From IMG/VR virus record IMGVR_UViG_3300007539_004938, positions 1 to 64,000 of that record: 64,000 bases of DNA; one strand, 5' to 3'. Source of the DNA: a virus. The notes beneath the pieces were generated by a model. That model did no database searches. It was not told the origin of the DNA and was given only the letters and a program-made list of their open reading frames with translations. Below are positions 62,440 through 64,000 of this stretch, piece after piece; the first letter of the stretch is position 1, and the number at the start of each line of letters is the position of its first letter. The position numbers and the translations under genes were made by a program.

Positions 62440-64000
62440 TAAAACTTAAAGATCTTACAGTAAAAAACTTTATGAGCGTGGGTAATATTACTCAAGCAGT
62501 TGACTTTAACGAAGAACAGTTGACACTTGTACTTGGTGAGAACCTAGATCAAGGCGGTGACGACACCGGATCACGCAATGGTACAGGTAAAACAACTATT
62601 ATTAATGCACTATCCTATGCATTGTACGGTCAAGCACTAACAAACATTAAACGTAATAACTTAATCAACAAAACTAATAGCAAAGGTATGTTAGTTACAC
62701 TAAACTTTGAGAAAAATAACACTCAGTACCGTATCGAACGTGGTAGATCACCTAATATACTCAAGTTTTTTGTAAACAATCAAGAACAAACTGACGAACT
62801 CGACGATAACAGTCAAGGTGATAGTCGTAAAACACAAGAAACTATTGGCGATTTATTGAATATGAGTCATGATATGTTCAAACATATTGTTGCACTTAAT
62901 ACCTATACTGAGCCTTTCTTGAGTATGCGTACAAATGACCAAAGAGCTATTATCGAGCAGCTATTAGGCATAACAATTTTAAGTGATAAAGCAACATCTT
63001 TAAAAGATATTGTAAAAGAAACGAAAGATCGCATTACAGAAGAAACATTACGCATCGATGCTATCAATTCTAGCAACGAAAAAATACAAAACAGCATTAA
63101 TTCGTTAATCAACAGACAAAAAGCATGGAAAAGCAAACAAAAAAGCGACATTGAACGATTAGATCAAGCTATTTCAGAATTAGAACAACTAGATATCGAT
63201 AAAGAGTTAGAAAATCACCAAAAGTTGGTGGATTGGACTGAACTTAATAACAAAATAACAAGTTTTAACAAAGAAAAATCTACTTTAGAGAGTGCTTTGA
63301 TGCGAGCAACTAAAAGTGTTGACAAAGCAAGCAAAGATATTGCAGATTTAGATGATGCTACTTGTTATACATGCGGTCAAGCACTGCATGAAGACAAAAA
63401 GGCGGAGATTCTTGCAACTAAAACCAAAGATTACCAAGATTCTATGGCATATCAAACAGAAGTTGCTGATAAACTCGAAGATGTAGTTAAAAATCTCAAC
63501 GATATTGGTAATATTAACGGAAAACCTAATACTTTCTACGAAACTGCTAAAGAAGCATACGAACACAGAAACAACGTAGATAACTTAAAGCAAGCTAAGA
63601 TAAGTAAACAGCAAGAAGAAGATCCATATCAGGCACAAGTTGATGATTTAACCAATACAGCGTTACAAGAAGTTGATTGGTCTACAGTAAACGAACTTAA
63701 TAACTTAAAAGAACACCAAGAGTTTCTCCTAAAACTCCTGACTAACAAAGATTCTTTCATTAGAAAGAAGATTATTGACCAAAACTTGGCATATTTAAAC
63801 GCAAGGCTCACATATTACCTAGATAAAATAGGCTTACCGCATCAAGTGGTGTTCCAAAACGACTTAAATGTTGAGATTACACAACTTGGTCAGGACTTAG
63901 ACTTTGATAACTTGTCAAGAGGCGAACGTAACAGACTAATACTTGGACTTTCGTTTGCATTCCGTGACGTTTGGGAGTCATTGTACCAAAATATCAACTT
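62436..64000 (+). CDS. Recombination ATPase subunit, T4 gp46 / Rad50 / SbcC-like (3' end outside the window; missing from the ORF track)
   Basis: ATGA overlap with the gp47 stop. MIKLKDLTVKNFMSVGN, Walker A NGTGKTT, coiled coil with Zn-hook CYTC, signature LSRGE near the window end; no stop codon before 64000. Confidence 0.92.
   Translation, partial: MIKLKDLTVKNFMSVGNITQAVDFNEEQLTLVLGENLDQGGDDTGSRNGTGKTTIINALSYALYGQALTNIKRNNLINKTNSKGMLVTLNFEKNNTQYRIERGRSPNILKFFVNNQEQTDELDDNSQGDSRKTQETIGDLLNMSHDMFKHIVALNTYTEPFLSMRTNDQRAIIEQLLGITILSDKATSLKDIVKETKDRITEETLRIDAINSSNEKIQNSINSLINRQKAWKSKQKSDIERLDQAISELEQLDIDKELENHQKLVDWTELNNKITSFNKEKSTLESALMRATKSVDKASKDIADLDDATCYTCGQALHEDKKAEILATKTKDYQDSMAYQTEVADKLEDVVKNLNDIGNINGKPNTFYETAKEAYEHRNNVDNLKQAKISKQQEEDPYQAQVDDLTNTALQEVDWSTVNELNNLKEHQEFLLKLLTNKDSFIRKKIIDQNLAYLNARLTYYLDKIGLPHQVVFQNDLNVEITQLGQDLDFDNLSRGERNRLILGLSFAFRDVWESLYQNIN

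Noticed and set aside
441-63811. Numerous 60-150 aa ORFs in the track that lie antisense to or inside long genes
   Set aside because: They are shadow ORFs of well-supported genes, with no motifs or ribosome-binding sites.
1-64000. tRNA/ncRNA genes, CRISPR arrays, introns, inteins, transposases, stop-codon recoding
   Set aside because: Intergenic gaps are under about 75 bp, no repeat-spacer pattern or splicing/homing motifs were seen, and genes are intact in the standard code with TAA, TAG and TGA all used as stops.

Overview
The window is a gene-dense, AT-rich segment of a large T4-like (myovirus or jumbo-type) bacteriophage. No tRNA, rRNA, CRISPR array or mobile element is visible. Right end (60.5-64 kb, + strand): a gp55-like late sigma factor and a gp47/gp46 (Mre11/Rad50-like) recombination pair. 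Middle (26.7-60.5 kb, - strand): a tail/baseplate module with gp48/54-, gp53-, hub-, gp5-, gp25- and gp6-like genes, a 4593-aa giant structural protein and three related tail-fibre proteins. Left (1-26.6 kb, open at the window edge): a large tailoring-enzyme island directly downstream of the tail genes. It encodes 11 radical SAM enzymes in four recurring subtypes, 6 glycosyltransferase-like proteins, 3 SGNH-like proteins, an NDP-sugar epimerase/dehydratase, a short DegT-type aminotransferase, an amidinotransferase, a methyltransferase, a kinase-fold protein and an Fe/2OG hydroxylase. My best hypothesis (inference) is a phage-encoded pathway that builds an extensively tailored glycan or other modification and installs it on virion proteins. 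Three sequence clues support this: a dense cluster of Asp-Ser-Thr motifs in the C-terminal part of the giant virion protein, late-type promoters in front of several sugar-tailoring genes, and strong AATT avoidance, which suggests the DNA itself has remained exposed to restriction. All family calls come from motif recognition by eye and all counts are hand counts; no database search was run.
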